A stretch of DNA of 64,000 bases from a virus (lineage: Duplodnaviria; Caudoviricetes), in the IMG/VR virus record IMGVR_UViG_3300028048_000110, positions 26,992 through 90,991 of that record, one strand, 5' to 3'. Positions 54,067-63,874 of this stretch are shown one piece after another. Both the position numbers and the translations under genes were made by a program. Within the stretch, counting starts at the first letter, position 1. Each line of letters opens with the position of its first letter. Below the pieces are notes generated by a model. That model had not been told where the DNA came from. It was given only the letters and a program-made list of their open reading frames with translations, and searched no databases.

Positions 54067-56517
54067 ATGTCATCAAGAAAAATCTAGAGTCCAGGAATTG
54101 AAATAAATGAGATAGACCGTTCGCAATATGGCAAAGTTGACTATAGCCTGCCAAATTCGCCAACATCATTGATAGTCGGCTTTGCGTCAAAAGGAGAAGA
54201 CTACTCACTGCAGTGGATAAACTCAAAGTAGACGCTTGATGACACATATGGCTAGCCTGAAAATGAGTTTGAGCGGTACTTCTACAATGCACAGTATGAG
54301 ATATTGAATAGAGGTGGCACATGCATTGCTGCAAAGCTTCCATATGCTAACGAGTCTAAAGACTAGTACAACTATGTTGACTTCTTCTTGAAGTTCAAGA
54401 CATTGTCTGAAGAGACTGGCACTTCTAATGCATAGACTAGCACAAACTAGACGATAAATGACCAAACTACTATAGGCAGTGAAATTGACTAGTCTAGTGT
54501 TGAGTATGGAGAAGACAGCATTCTAGATGTAGATCTTGGCCCACTTGTTGACAACCCTATTCTTGAAGTGCTGAATGTAAATGACTCTAGCTTGACGTCA
54601 TGTATAGAAGTCAAGACTTAGCCAAGCAAGATACAGTTTGATCAACTACTGTATGGTGGATGCTCACCAATGAGCAGACTTGACTAGTTGCTGACAAAAG
54701 AGGCAAAAGTCCCAGCAAGGACTATTAGAGTGTATGATATCACACGGTCACAGTACAAGAAGTTTGACACTAGCCGCTAGTCAATTGTCAGTGCTGACTT
54801 TGGAGATGGAAATGTTGACAAGTTCTCAAATGACTTCCTTGGAATAGTCCCAGTAGTTGTGACACCTGCAAATGCACTGTTCTTCTAGAACATGCTAGAC
54901 TTTAGTGCAGTTGACTCAAGCCTTGGCATATCACCAGAGTGCTTCAACTCAGCTAGAACGTTTGTGTCATAGAGAAATGACCGTGTCAAGCTGGACTTTA
55001 CCAGTATCTACAACTACTTAGTGATGCCAATCTAGTCTACAGCAGATGTTGATGATGACACACCAAGCAGAATGCGGTGGACATCTCAAGAAAGCGTGTC
55101 AAGACGCGCAGCTCTTGCATTTCCATTGATAAACTATGACAGCTATGGGCATTTCCAGCAAGACAGCATGAAGAAGATTGGCATCGTCGTGCTTAAAGCA
55201 TTCAAAGACACTGACAACAATGGAAAAGTGAACTTCTAGCTGCTTGAGAGCTTTGTTGGGTCTCTTGACCCAACTGCTAGAGACCCAATAACAAAGGCCA
55301 ATGTGTTCATTGATGATGTTGTGAATGCATCTTCACAGTTCATACGTGTGTTCTCAAATGCAAACTTGACAGAGTTGAAGAATGCGTCGACAATCACAAT
55401 GAGCCAACAGCCTCTAGTGTCACTAGGCTTCTACAAAGTTGACTGCAGAAAGAAAATCAACTACAACACATCTATAGTGCAGCCACTTACACGCATACTT
55501 GAAAATGCCTAGAACCCATACACACTGCCACTTGACTTAGTTGTTGACGCTGGCATGTCAAACATTGCAAACATTGCATACAGCTTTGGTGGAGAGATAG
55601 ATGTTGACAAGATGCCACTTGTGTCTAACTTCTCTAGCTAGAAAGTAGACAGTTGGAAGATGATGTCAAGCGCAGATGTTGCTGGATGGAAAGCTGTGCT
55701 CAAGAAGCTTGATGACTTCTGCAAGTACACTCGTAGAGACTGCATGCTGTTGACAGATGGACTTAGGCAGTTCTGTCTTGAAGGTGATGCAAAGATTGTC
55801 AGAAAGACAGCTCCATACAACACAGTGTCAAATGCAATACTTCCAAAGCTGAAGTACATGTCAAATGTTCTTGAGTCATCATATTCTGCTGGCTACTGCA
55901 ATTGGTTCTATGCACAAGACAGGAGCTCTAGTGACTACATGTGGTTCCCTCCATCAATAAAGGCTTCTGGCGTGTACATCTACTGTGACACATACTTCTA
56001 GCCATGGAGTGCACCTGCTGGAATGACACGTGGAATCTTAAGAGATGTTGTAGATGTTGCATTCACTCCAAATGAGGACGAGGCTGGAAAGATATACAAT
56101 GCACAGTGGAACTATGCAATGAACTACCCTATAGATGGTGTTGTAGTAGAAGGCCACAAGACATTCTAGACACAGCGGACTGCTCTTGACAGAGTCAATG
56201 TCAGAAGACTACTGCTGTATCTTGAGAAGCGTACAGCAAGACTTGCACGTCGGTTTGTGTATGAGGGCAACACACCATACCTTAGGCAGACATTTGTTGA
56301 CATGATCAGGCCAATATATGAAGATGCTGTTCATAGGGATGGCCTTAGAGAGTATGCAATAAAGTGCGATGACGAGTTGAACACACCTTAGGTGATTGAG
56401 AACAACGAGCTTAGGTGCAGGATAGCTGTGAAGCCAGTCAAGACAGTTGACTTCATTGTGATTGACCTCATTGCAACACGGCAGAGTGCAAGTGTCACTG
56501 AAGAAGTTCTAAGATAA
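54067..56517 (+). CDS. Tail sheath protein (gp18-like), paralog 1, 816 aa, about 19 TAG
   Basis: (Q)SPGIEINEID..; WSAPAGMTRG..; EGHKTF(Q)TQRTALDRVNVRRL..FVYEGNT; ends at TAA. Confidence 0.9.
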
Positions 56518-56534
56518 AGAGAAAGAGAATAGGC

Positions 56535-57512
56535 ATGAAAGAAAAAACAAAATACACATAGCATTAGATATCAGAGTCTATATGCTATTGGTCAAGAAAG
56601 CTTCTTGATGAAGGGTTGGCAACAGAAGATGAGCTGAGAGACTTGATTGGTGAAGGCCTCTTCAGACGAGCCATTGGCGCAGTGAAACGCGGCGTTGAAG
56701 GTGTCAAGAATGTGGCTACAGCAGTAAAAGAGGCTCCAAAGAAGTTGTTTGACAAAGTTTTCAAGCCAAATGCAGGAGTTGTGAAGATGCTTGATGTGAT
56801 CAACAAGATGTCAAAAGATGGCACAGAGCTCAAAGGAGTGAAGATATATGCAACTCTTGGCAAGTCAACATTTCCAGTCATTGACTTCTTGCTGAAAGGA
56901 AAGAAGTCATTGATGCTAGTCATTGACAAAGCAGTGTCATCTGCAAAGCCAAAGACACTAGCTGAATTAAGAGAGTTTCTCCATGACCATTTGCCAACTA
57001 AAGTAAAGGTTGCTGATGCTATTGATGGCATCTACTGTGCCGAGGCGAACAAAGAAGTGCTAAAAGCTCTGTTTGAGAGCAAATTGACAGACTACATTGA
57101 GAAGAAAGGCCTTTCAAAAGAAGATGCATTGAAGCCTGAGACTGTCAAAGAGATAAAGCGCTTGAAGATAATGAAGAAGAAAGATGAAGACATCAAAGCT
57201 GCCATTGAGAAGCACTTCAGCTAGAGCAAAGAAGAGCCTAGCGGAAAGAAGCCTAAGGCTAGCCATAGAGCTGAAGCTAAAGCCAAAGAGCCTGAGACAA
57301 AAGATGAGCCAAGCTCAAAGCCAATGGAGAAAGACCCGCCAAAAGAAGGCACATCTAAGAAGCCTGAAAAGCCTAAGAAGCCTCAATTGACAATATTTGA
57401 CAACTAGCTTCTAGATGTGAAGTCACAGAAAGACAACTTAGGCTTCATCTTCAGCAAGTCTAAAGCTGAGATAAAGCTTGACAAAGAGTATGAGCACATG
57501 TTCTCAGAGTGA
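56535..57512 (+). CDS. Hypothetical protein with the YTxxQIxExIxYW leader and a Lys/Pro/Glu-rich tail, 325 aa
   Basis: MKEKTKYT(Q)H(Q)ISESICYWSRKLLDEG joins track ORF 56616; ends at TGA. Confidence 0.7.
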
Positions 57513-57559
57513 TAGTCTCTAGCATGCAAAGATGTCTTTGGCATGCACAGTAGCTTGAG

Positions 57560-57566
57560 GTAAATA
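57560..57566 (+). promoter_or_regulatory. GTAAATA candidate late promoter
   Basis: Upstream of sheath ATG 57611. Confidence 0.6.
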
Positions 57567-57610
57567 AAACTAAAGTTTGACAACCAATTTGAGAGATAAA
57601 GGATAACAAT

Positions 57611-60346
57611 ATGGCAATACGTACCATAACTGCTCCTGGAGTTGAGATCCGGGAAATTGACAAGTCAGGATACACAACTGTCCCTACAGGCACAGCAGTG
57701 TACTTGAAAGGATTCACAAGCAAAGGTGAGCCATACCGCCCAATGGAGATAACAACTCGTTCAGCATATGAGCAGATATATGGTGCTCCTGACACAGAAG
57801 CTGAGCGGTACACATATGCTGCAGCATGCGAGACATTGAACTAGGGTGGAAGACTTTGGATGGCACGCCTTCCATATGACAACGAGGCATTTGAGAAGAT
57901 GGCCGGCATCAAGTACACAGTCTCAGAAGTTGCAGACCTCTTAAGCGAAAGCACATTCTCTGAACTACAGCAGCTAAGTGGGCTTGCCCGTATGCAGAAA
58001 GCATACAAGATCACTGGCGCCAAGAACCCAGCTCTGTACAACTTGAGTGCAATTGACGCTTACCGTGAAGATGAAGAGAAAGTCCCAGCCGACACATTCT
58101 TGATTGTTGACACAACTGGTGCAACATATGGAAGAGTCATGGAAGACGGCAGAAAAGGAGAGGAGCGTGACTTGATTGGCATTGTCCCAGTTGTCACAAC
58201 AGCTGCAAATGCTCTCTATGTGCAGTCTATGCTAGATGTCAACCTCTCAAACATCCACAACTATGAGTCACTGAAGCAAGAGAAGCTGCAGACATTGAAG
58301 ACATCAAGTGGATACATGAATGATGGACTTCTCTCAAGTGACGTTGTTGTCCGCTACAGCACAGAAGGCTACTTCAACATCATAAGTGATGAGCTCCAGT
58401 TGTCTACTACTTTTGTTGCTGATTGGAGCGAGACTCTCTCATCTGCAGCAGCCGCTCTTGCTCAAGCAGAAGAAGACAAAGAAACATATGCTGAAGGAAT
58501 ATCAGCTATTCTAAAAGACAAGTTCGTTCGTGGAAGTGTCGACTGTGTGAGTTGCGTGCTAGATGAGTCTACTGCTGAAGAAGAGATTCTTCCAGAAGAG
58601 ATGGTCACAATTGATGACATCCGCAAGAACACCAAGATGGTCCTTGACTACTATGGAAAGACTATGGACCTTGCAACAATTGGACAAGTTGCAATAGCAG
58701 TGTTCTATGTGTGTGACAAGCATGGCGATGGCGATGTCCCAACTGGATTTCCAGATGGATGGCAAGTCAACACATTGAAAGAAAAGATTCTTGAGTGGTT
58801 CGAAAACCACCCAGCAAACAAGCCAACTTGGAATGTCATACTCCGCTACAGAGTCAAGACATACAATGACACATATGCTGACACTACAGTTCCAGTGACA
58901 CAGTCACTTGACGCATCTGGCTACTTCCCAACCGTGCAGATGGCAGATGGTGGTGAGAGAATTGACACTGAGCACCTCAAAGATGTTGGTGTTGTCGTGT
59001 ACAAGATGTACTCTGACCCAACAGAAGGTGGAAAAGTCAGCTATGAGGCTGTTGAAGCATATGCTGGCTCACTGTACAAAGATGACAAGAACCCAACAAC
59101 AGGCGTCACAAAGTTCCTTGACACGATCATCAACAGCTAGTCTAACTACATAAACTTCTTCTCAAACTGCTTCAACAAGAAGCTGTCAAAGTAGAAGTAT
59201 CTAGAAGAGACAGACATCTTGCTCGTTGAGCCAAAGATTGGAGCATCTCTTGGATTCTACAGCTCAATGACAAAGAAAGACATATCAATCAGCAAGTCAA
59301 TTCTTGATGGCATGAACAAGTGCTTTGAGAAGGTTGAAGACGTAAACAAGCTTGACATTGACATTGTCCCTGATGCCGGTCTTGCAAACATAGCCTCTTA
59401 CATAAAGGCAATATGGGGAGACAAAGGCCCATATGACTTGGCAATAACAGATGATGTTGGCAACTCACTTCTTGGCATGTGGACATGCAAGAAGGCAGCA
59501 GATGCCCATGTCAAGATGTGGAAGACTGTTGAGATGAAGCATGACAACTTCTGCAAGAACATCCGCAAAGACTGCATGTTCATTGCTGATGGCCTTCGTC
59601 CACTCGTGATCCAAGGCTAGAAGAAGAAGATACGTGACTCTAAGCCAACAAACACTGTTGACAAAGACATTCTGCCATATGTCCCTGCAATCTGTGGCTT
59701 GAACACATCTTATGGTGCCGGGTACATTGACTGGTTTGAGCAAGCAGATGACTATACTGGAGACTTTTTCTGGTGCCCACCATCAATAAAGGCGACAGGC
59801 ATATACATCAACACTGACCTCAACTATGACTATTGGCTTGCACCCGCAGGGTTGAATAGAGGTGTCATTGCAGCAACTGATGTTGCATTCTCACCAAATG
59901 GAAAGCAGGCTGGCAGCATATATGAGAAGAACTGGAACTATGCAATCAACTATCCACAAGATGGCATTGTCCTTGAAGGCTAGAAGACTTTCTAGACAAA
60001 GCCAACAGCTCTTGACAGAGTGAATGTGCGTAGGACAATGCTTCGTCTTGAGAGACAAGTGTACAAGACAATCCGCTACTTTGTGTATGAGAACAACACA
60101 GCATACACAAGACAGCGTGTTGTTGATGCAATTGAGCCTATCATGAAAGCTTGCTGGAAGTCAGGAAATGGTGGCATCAACCGCTACAAGATTGTCTGTG
60201 ATGACAAGATAAATGATGCCAACACAATTGACAACAATGAGCTGAAAGTCTAGATAGGGATTGTGCCTAACAAGTCTGCAGAATTCATACTTGTTGACTT
60301 CATCTTAGGCAACCAAAGCTCAACTTGGGCAGAGCTTCTTGGCTAA
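57611..60346 (+). CDS. Tail sheath protein (gp18-like), paralog 2, 911 aa, about 7 TAG
   Basis: TAPGVEIREID..; WLAPAGLNRG..; EG(Q)KTF(Q)TKPTALDRVNVRR..FVYENNT; five track ORFs in one frame. Confidence 0.9.
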
Positions 60347-60376
60347 GTCCATTGATGGCCTAATAGATGCGCATAG

Positions 60377-60401
60377 AGCCAGAGAGAAGTCTCTGGCTTT
60401 T
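60377..60401 (+). terminator. Intrinsic terminator after sheath 2
   Basis: AGCCAGAGA-GAAG-TCTCTGGCT-TTT. Confidence 0.7.
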
Positions 60402-60435
60402 GTGCTTTAAGTAGAATCTATATGCTGTGAAACGC

Positions 60436-60891
60436 ATGCAGTTAGAAAAGTCTAGTTTCAAGCCATTGTTTGAGTCAATATGCACCAAGTATGGTGTCAA
60501 GGTCTTCTTTGATGGAGATGAAGAAGACAATGGATATGCTGTGCGGAATGAAGTGCATCTTGCCAAAGAGTACTCTTGCCTTAGCATATGCAAGGCAGTA
60601 GCATTCCATGAGCTTGGCCATGCAATAATAAACATCAAGCGTGCAAAAGGCATCAAGCTCTACAAAGTCCACTCTAACTTCAACAATGAGTTCAATGCGT
60701 GGTGGCTCGCCCAGCGGCTGTACATCAAGTACATGAAGCGCCCTTTCACAAAGACTATGGGCGACTTCGCGCTCGAGTGCCTTAAGACTCACTCTGCCAC
60801 GCACTACGCATTCAAAGACACGTTTGGGGATGAAGCTCTAGCAAAGAAAGAGCAGAGTAAATACTGTCATGCAACTAGTCTTACTAGATGA
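60436..60891 (+). CDS. HExxH (ImmA/IrrE-like) metallopeptidase-fold protein, about 151 aa
   Basis: AVAFHELGHA..NEFNAW; no TAG. Confidence 0.55.
   Translation: MQLEKSSFKPLFESICTKYGVKVFFDGDEEDNGYAVRNEVHLAKEYSCLSICKAVAFHELGHAIINIKRAKGIKLYKVHSNFNNEFNAWWLAQRLYIKYMKRPFTKTMGDFALECLKTHSATHYAFKDTFGDEALAKKEQSKYCHATSLTR
60857..60863 (+). promoter_or_regulatory. GTAAATA candidate late promoter
   Basis: Just upstream of kinase ATG 60869. Confidence 0.55.
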
Positions 60892-61756
60892 CCTTAAGAA
60901 GCTCTAGACAACTCAACTGTCTGAAAGTGGTGCTAAAGACTTAATTGGTCCAGGGTTCTCATTTAAAGACGTCTGCAAAGAGTATGGTAGATAGAAATCT
61001 AAGTTCTAGAATTAGTTTGGCAGTCAGTCTAATTAGATGTACTGCCATTAGCTTCATGATTGGCTAAAAAAAGACTATCTCAAAGGCAAATGCCCACCTA
61101 TAGTGCTTGTAGGCCAAGGGTCTTCAAGAACAGCATATGCTTGTCTTGGTGGAAAGTGCTTGAAGGTTGCAAAGAATGAGGCGGGTGCAGCATAGAACAA
61201 GCATGAGCAGAAGCACACTTAGAGGCATTGGTGGACATCAAACTACAGTTGCTTTGTTGGCACGTATGGAGCAAGTCACGACTTTGGGCTTCTTCTGTCT
61301 GAGTGCTGTTCTAGAATAGATAGCTTGCAGCAGTTCATAGATGCATTCAATATGGAAGACATTGATGTCTTTAGAGCTGTTGTGAAAGCTGTGTGTGACA
61401 ACAAGACGCATGATGTGTCTTCAGCATCTATTAGCTTGAAGAGCATGGCAGCAGACTACCGAAAGAAGTACAAAGACTTCTCAACAATGGCAGGATATGC
61501 AGATGTTGCTGAGTCTGCTGCTAGATGGCTAGACTAGTTAGATGCTATGCCATACTCTAAGATGAGCCCAGGGTAGAAGAGCTTTCATTAGTTAGTTGCC
61601 TTTTGGAAGAAGAATGGCACTGAAGAGCTTTTACCAGGAGATGTCATAAATGATGAGAATTGGGGATTTGCCATAAGAGATGGCTAGATTGCTCCTGTTA
61701 TGATAGACGTAGGGTTCTCAAAGAACGTCGCTGATAGATTCTATAGATTACACTAA
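60869..61756 (+). CDS. Protein-kinase-like protein, 295 aa, about 12 TAG; mostly absent from the ORF track
   Basis: LVGQGSSRTAY..CLKVAKN..GAA(Q)NKHE..LLPGDV..ENWG..VMIDVGF. Confidence 0.7.
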
Positions 61757-61943
61757 TAGCATTGTTCAATGCTAGTAGTGAGATGACATTAGTGTGACTT
61801 TACTTCAACTATTCTATTTTTGTTTAGTAAGACTACCATCATATGAGGTAAATTATTATTAGTGGTTTAGCGTATTGCCTTAGCACATCTAACTCTAACC
61901 AGAGGGAGAAATTTGACATTACCTTAATCACACTCAATATGAG

Positions 61944-62018
61944 TGCCCTTCAGTGTGGCGGTCGCACGTTGGTCTCTAAAACCGAAGGTGGTGGTTCGAC
62001 TCCGACCAAGGGCAGCCA
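61944..62018 (+). tRNA. Amber suppressor tRNA, anticodon CUA, probably Gln-accepting
   Basis: Acceptor TGCCCTT/AAGGGCA; D-stem GTGT/GCAC; anticodon stem TTGGT/ACCGA with loop CT-CTA-AA (CTA at 61976-61978); T-loop TTCGACT; encoded CCA; U1-A72 and G73 as in bacterial tRNA-Gln. Confidence 0.9.
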
Positions 62019-62080
62019 ATATAAGTTTCTTATTTAGACTCATGGTTCGCGCCAACAGATCTAAATAAGAAACTTTTAAA

Positions 62081-62087
62081 GTAAATA
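62081..62087 (+). promoter_or_regulatory. GTAAATA candidate late promoter
   Basis: Upstream of HNH ATG 62126. Confidence 0.5.
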
Positions 62088-62125
62088 GTTATTGTCACGC
62101 GAATGACAGAAAGATAAAGGTAAAA

Positions 62126-63217
62126 ATGATATCAAAAGAAGAAGCTTTATACGCTTATAGTGACTTGATCTAGTATAGAACACAAAATGTTTTAGTCAAG
62201 TCAAAATAGAATCCTGGTCAAATTGAAATTCATCATATTGTTCCAACATCAATCGGTGGAATAGATGATAATTCAAATAAGATTGCTTTACTTGCCAAAG
62301 AGCATTTTATGGCGCATGTTTATCTTTGGGTAATACATCATGATGATAACTATCATGACTAGATGACTTATGCATTGATGAACATGCATAAAGGATCATT
62401 AACAGGAAATAGAAAAAATCTTAGAGAATTTATTTTAGCATCTAGTGAATATTAGAAAGCTAGAGAAGAATTTGCTAAGATGTCATCTATATCTTTATCT
62501 AAAGCAAATGCTGGAAATAAAAATCCATCATTTGGAAAGCATTGGTTTAAAGACCCTAAGTCTTTAAAAAGCAAATTATTTTTTAATGGAGATAAACCTA
62601 AAGGATGGATTAAAGGTAAGCATGTTTCTGAAAATGAAAAAGTATCTGCAACTAAAAATATGAAAGGGCGTATTTGGATATATAATGATTCTATAAAAGA
62701 AAATAGATTACTTCCAAAAGATCAAGCATTTAGTTTAGTGGAGACTGGAGAATGGAAATTTGGTCATATGCAAAAACCAATATCAAAAGAAGGCGTAGAA
62801 AACATTAGAATGGCTAGAAGAAACTATAATTATAAGTATCATTGCCCAAAAAATAAAGGAAAATATAGATACATTAATTAGAAGACCAATGAAATTAAAT
62901 ACTTTTCATTAGAAGAAAATATTCCAAAAGATTTTGTTAGAACTAATGCATTAAGAAAGCTACAATTAGATCAACAAACTGCTACTGGAAATACTAGCAT
63001 GACAAAAAGAGAACAAGCAAAGAAAAAATGGCTTGAAGAAACACAAGCAATGGCAAATTATTTTACTAAGTATGGATATAAAGCTACATGTGAGAAATTT
63101 AATGTTTCAATGAGCTAGGAATCAATGATTATGCGTTTCATCAGAGCTAGAAAATTATATGGAATCATATTTAAAAGCCAACCTGGTAAAAGACGAAAAT
63201 TTGATAATATATAGTAA
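62126..63217 (+). CDS. HNH homing endonuclease, 363 aa, 7 TAG
   Basis: EIHHIVPTSIGGIDNNSNKIALLAKEHFMAHVYLW; NUMOD-like GNKNPSFGKHW and GRIWIYN; markedly AT-rich; ends TAG-TAA. Confidence 0.85.
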
Positions 63218-63228
63218 AATATAATAGT

Positions 63229-63489
63229 ATGCAATTTGAATCACAAGCAGAACTTGACAACTACAACAACAATCTTGTTGAGACGAATGTCCGTCTTATG
63301 GGAGACAAGACTGTTGTTGGCCAAGTGCTGCAGCTTCTCTCTTACATCCGCCATGCAGTGCGGAACAACATGAAGACTACTATTGAAGTAGACATTGCAA
63401 ACACTGTTGCAAATGTCCCTTTCATGCTTGATGCAAACGGTGTTGAAGTGCCTGACCTTGTCACAGTTAAGAAGACATAGGTCAATTGA
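63229..63489 (+). CDS. Hypothetical protein, 86 aa
   Basis: Track ORF extended through 1 TAG to TGA. Confidence 0.65.
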
Positions 63490-63560
63490 GACGTTGGCAT
63501 TTTACATGCCTCACAGCTATAGAAATCTAAGTTGCATGTCTAAGGTGCTATTTGCAGCAT

Positions 63561-63590
63561 AATGCCTAGAAAACTATTTTCTAGGCATTT
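63561..63590 (+). terminator. Intrinsic terminator-like hairpin
   Basis: AATGCCTAGAAAA-CTA-TTTTCTAGGCATT. Confidence 0.6.
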
Positions 63591-63660
63591 GTTTTGTATC
63601 TAGATATAAGCCGGCGAAACTAAAATAGGCAGATTGCATTTTGGCAAATCCTCTTCGAAT

Positions 63661-63667
63661 GTAAATA
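63661..63667 (+). promoter_or_regulatory. GTAAATA candidate late promoter
   Basis: Intergenic; downstream gene not resolved. Confidence 0.35.
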
Positions 63668-63874
63668 TAGATGATATGGCAAGATGGTCAAAGGTCTTTA
63701 GTCTAATGTACTTCAAGAACTTGGCGTCTAGTGTTGCATAGTGATGTGATTGACAGCGCTGTGCACATTTCTATCTAGGCAATGCATTGGCACATGCGAG
63801 TGCTAAAAGCATATAGTCTTCTTAGATGCCAAATAGACTTAGGCAAAACATTCAAGTAGAGGAAGATGGTAGAC

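Noticed and set aside
61913-61941. Sigma70 promoter (TTGACA) for the suppressor tRNA
   Set aside because: The -10 match is poor (CAATAT/AATATG) and the implied start would fall at or inside the tRNA 5' end. A GTAAATT variant at 61848-61854, or read-through from 60857, is more plausible.
63668-63874. Gene between the GTAAATA at 63661 and the ATP-cone start
   Set aside because: Frames starting at the nearby ATGs close within about 23 codons at TGA/TAA even with TAG=Q; no recognisable product or RNA structure.
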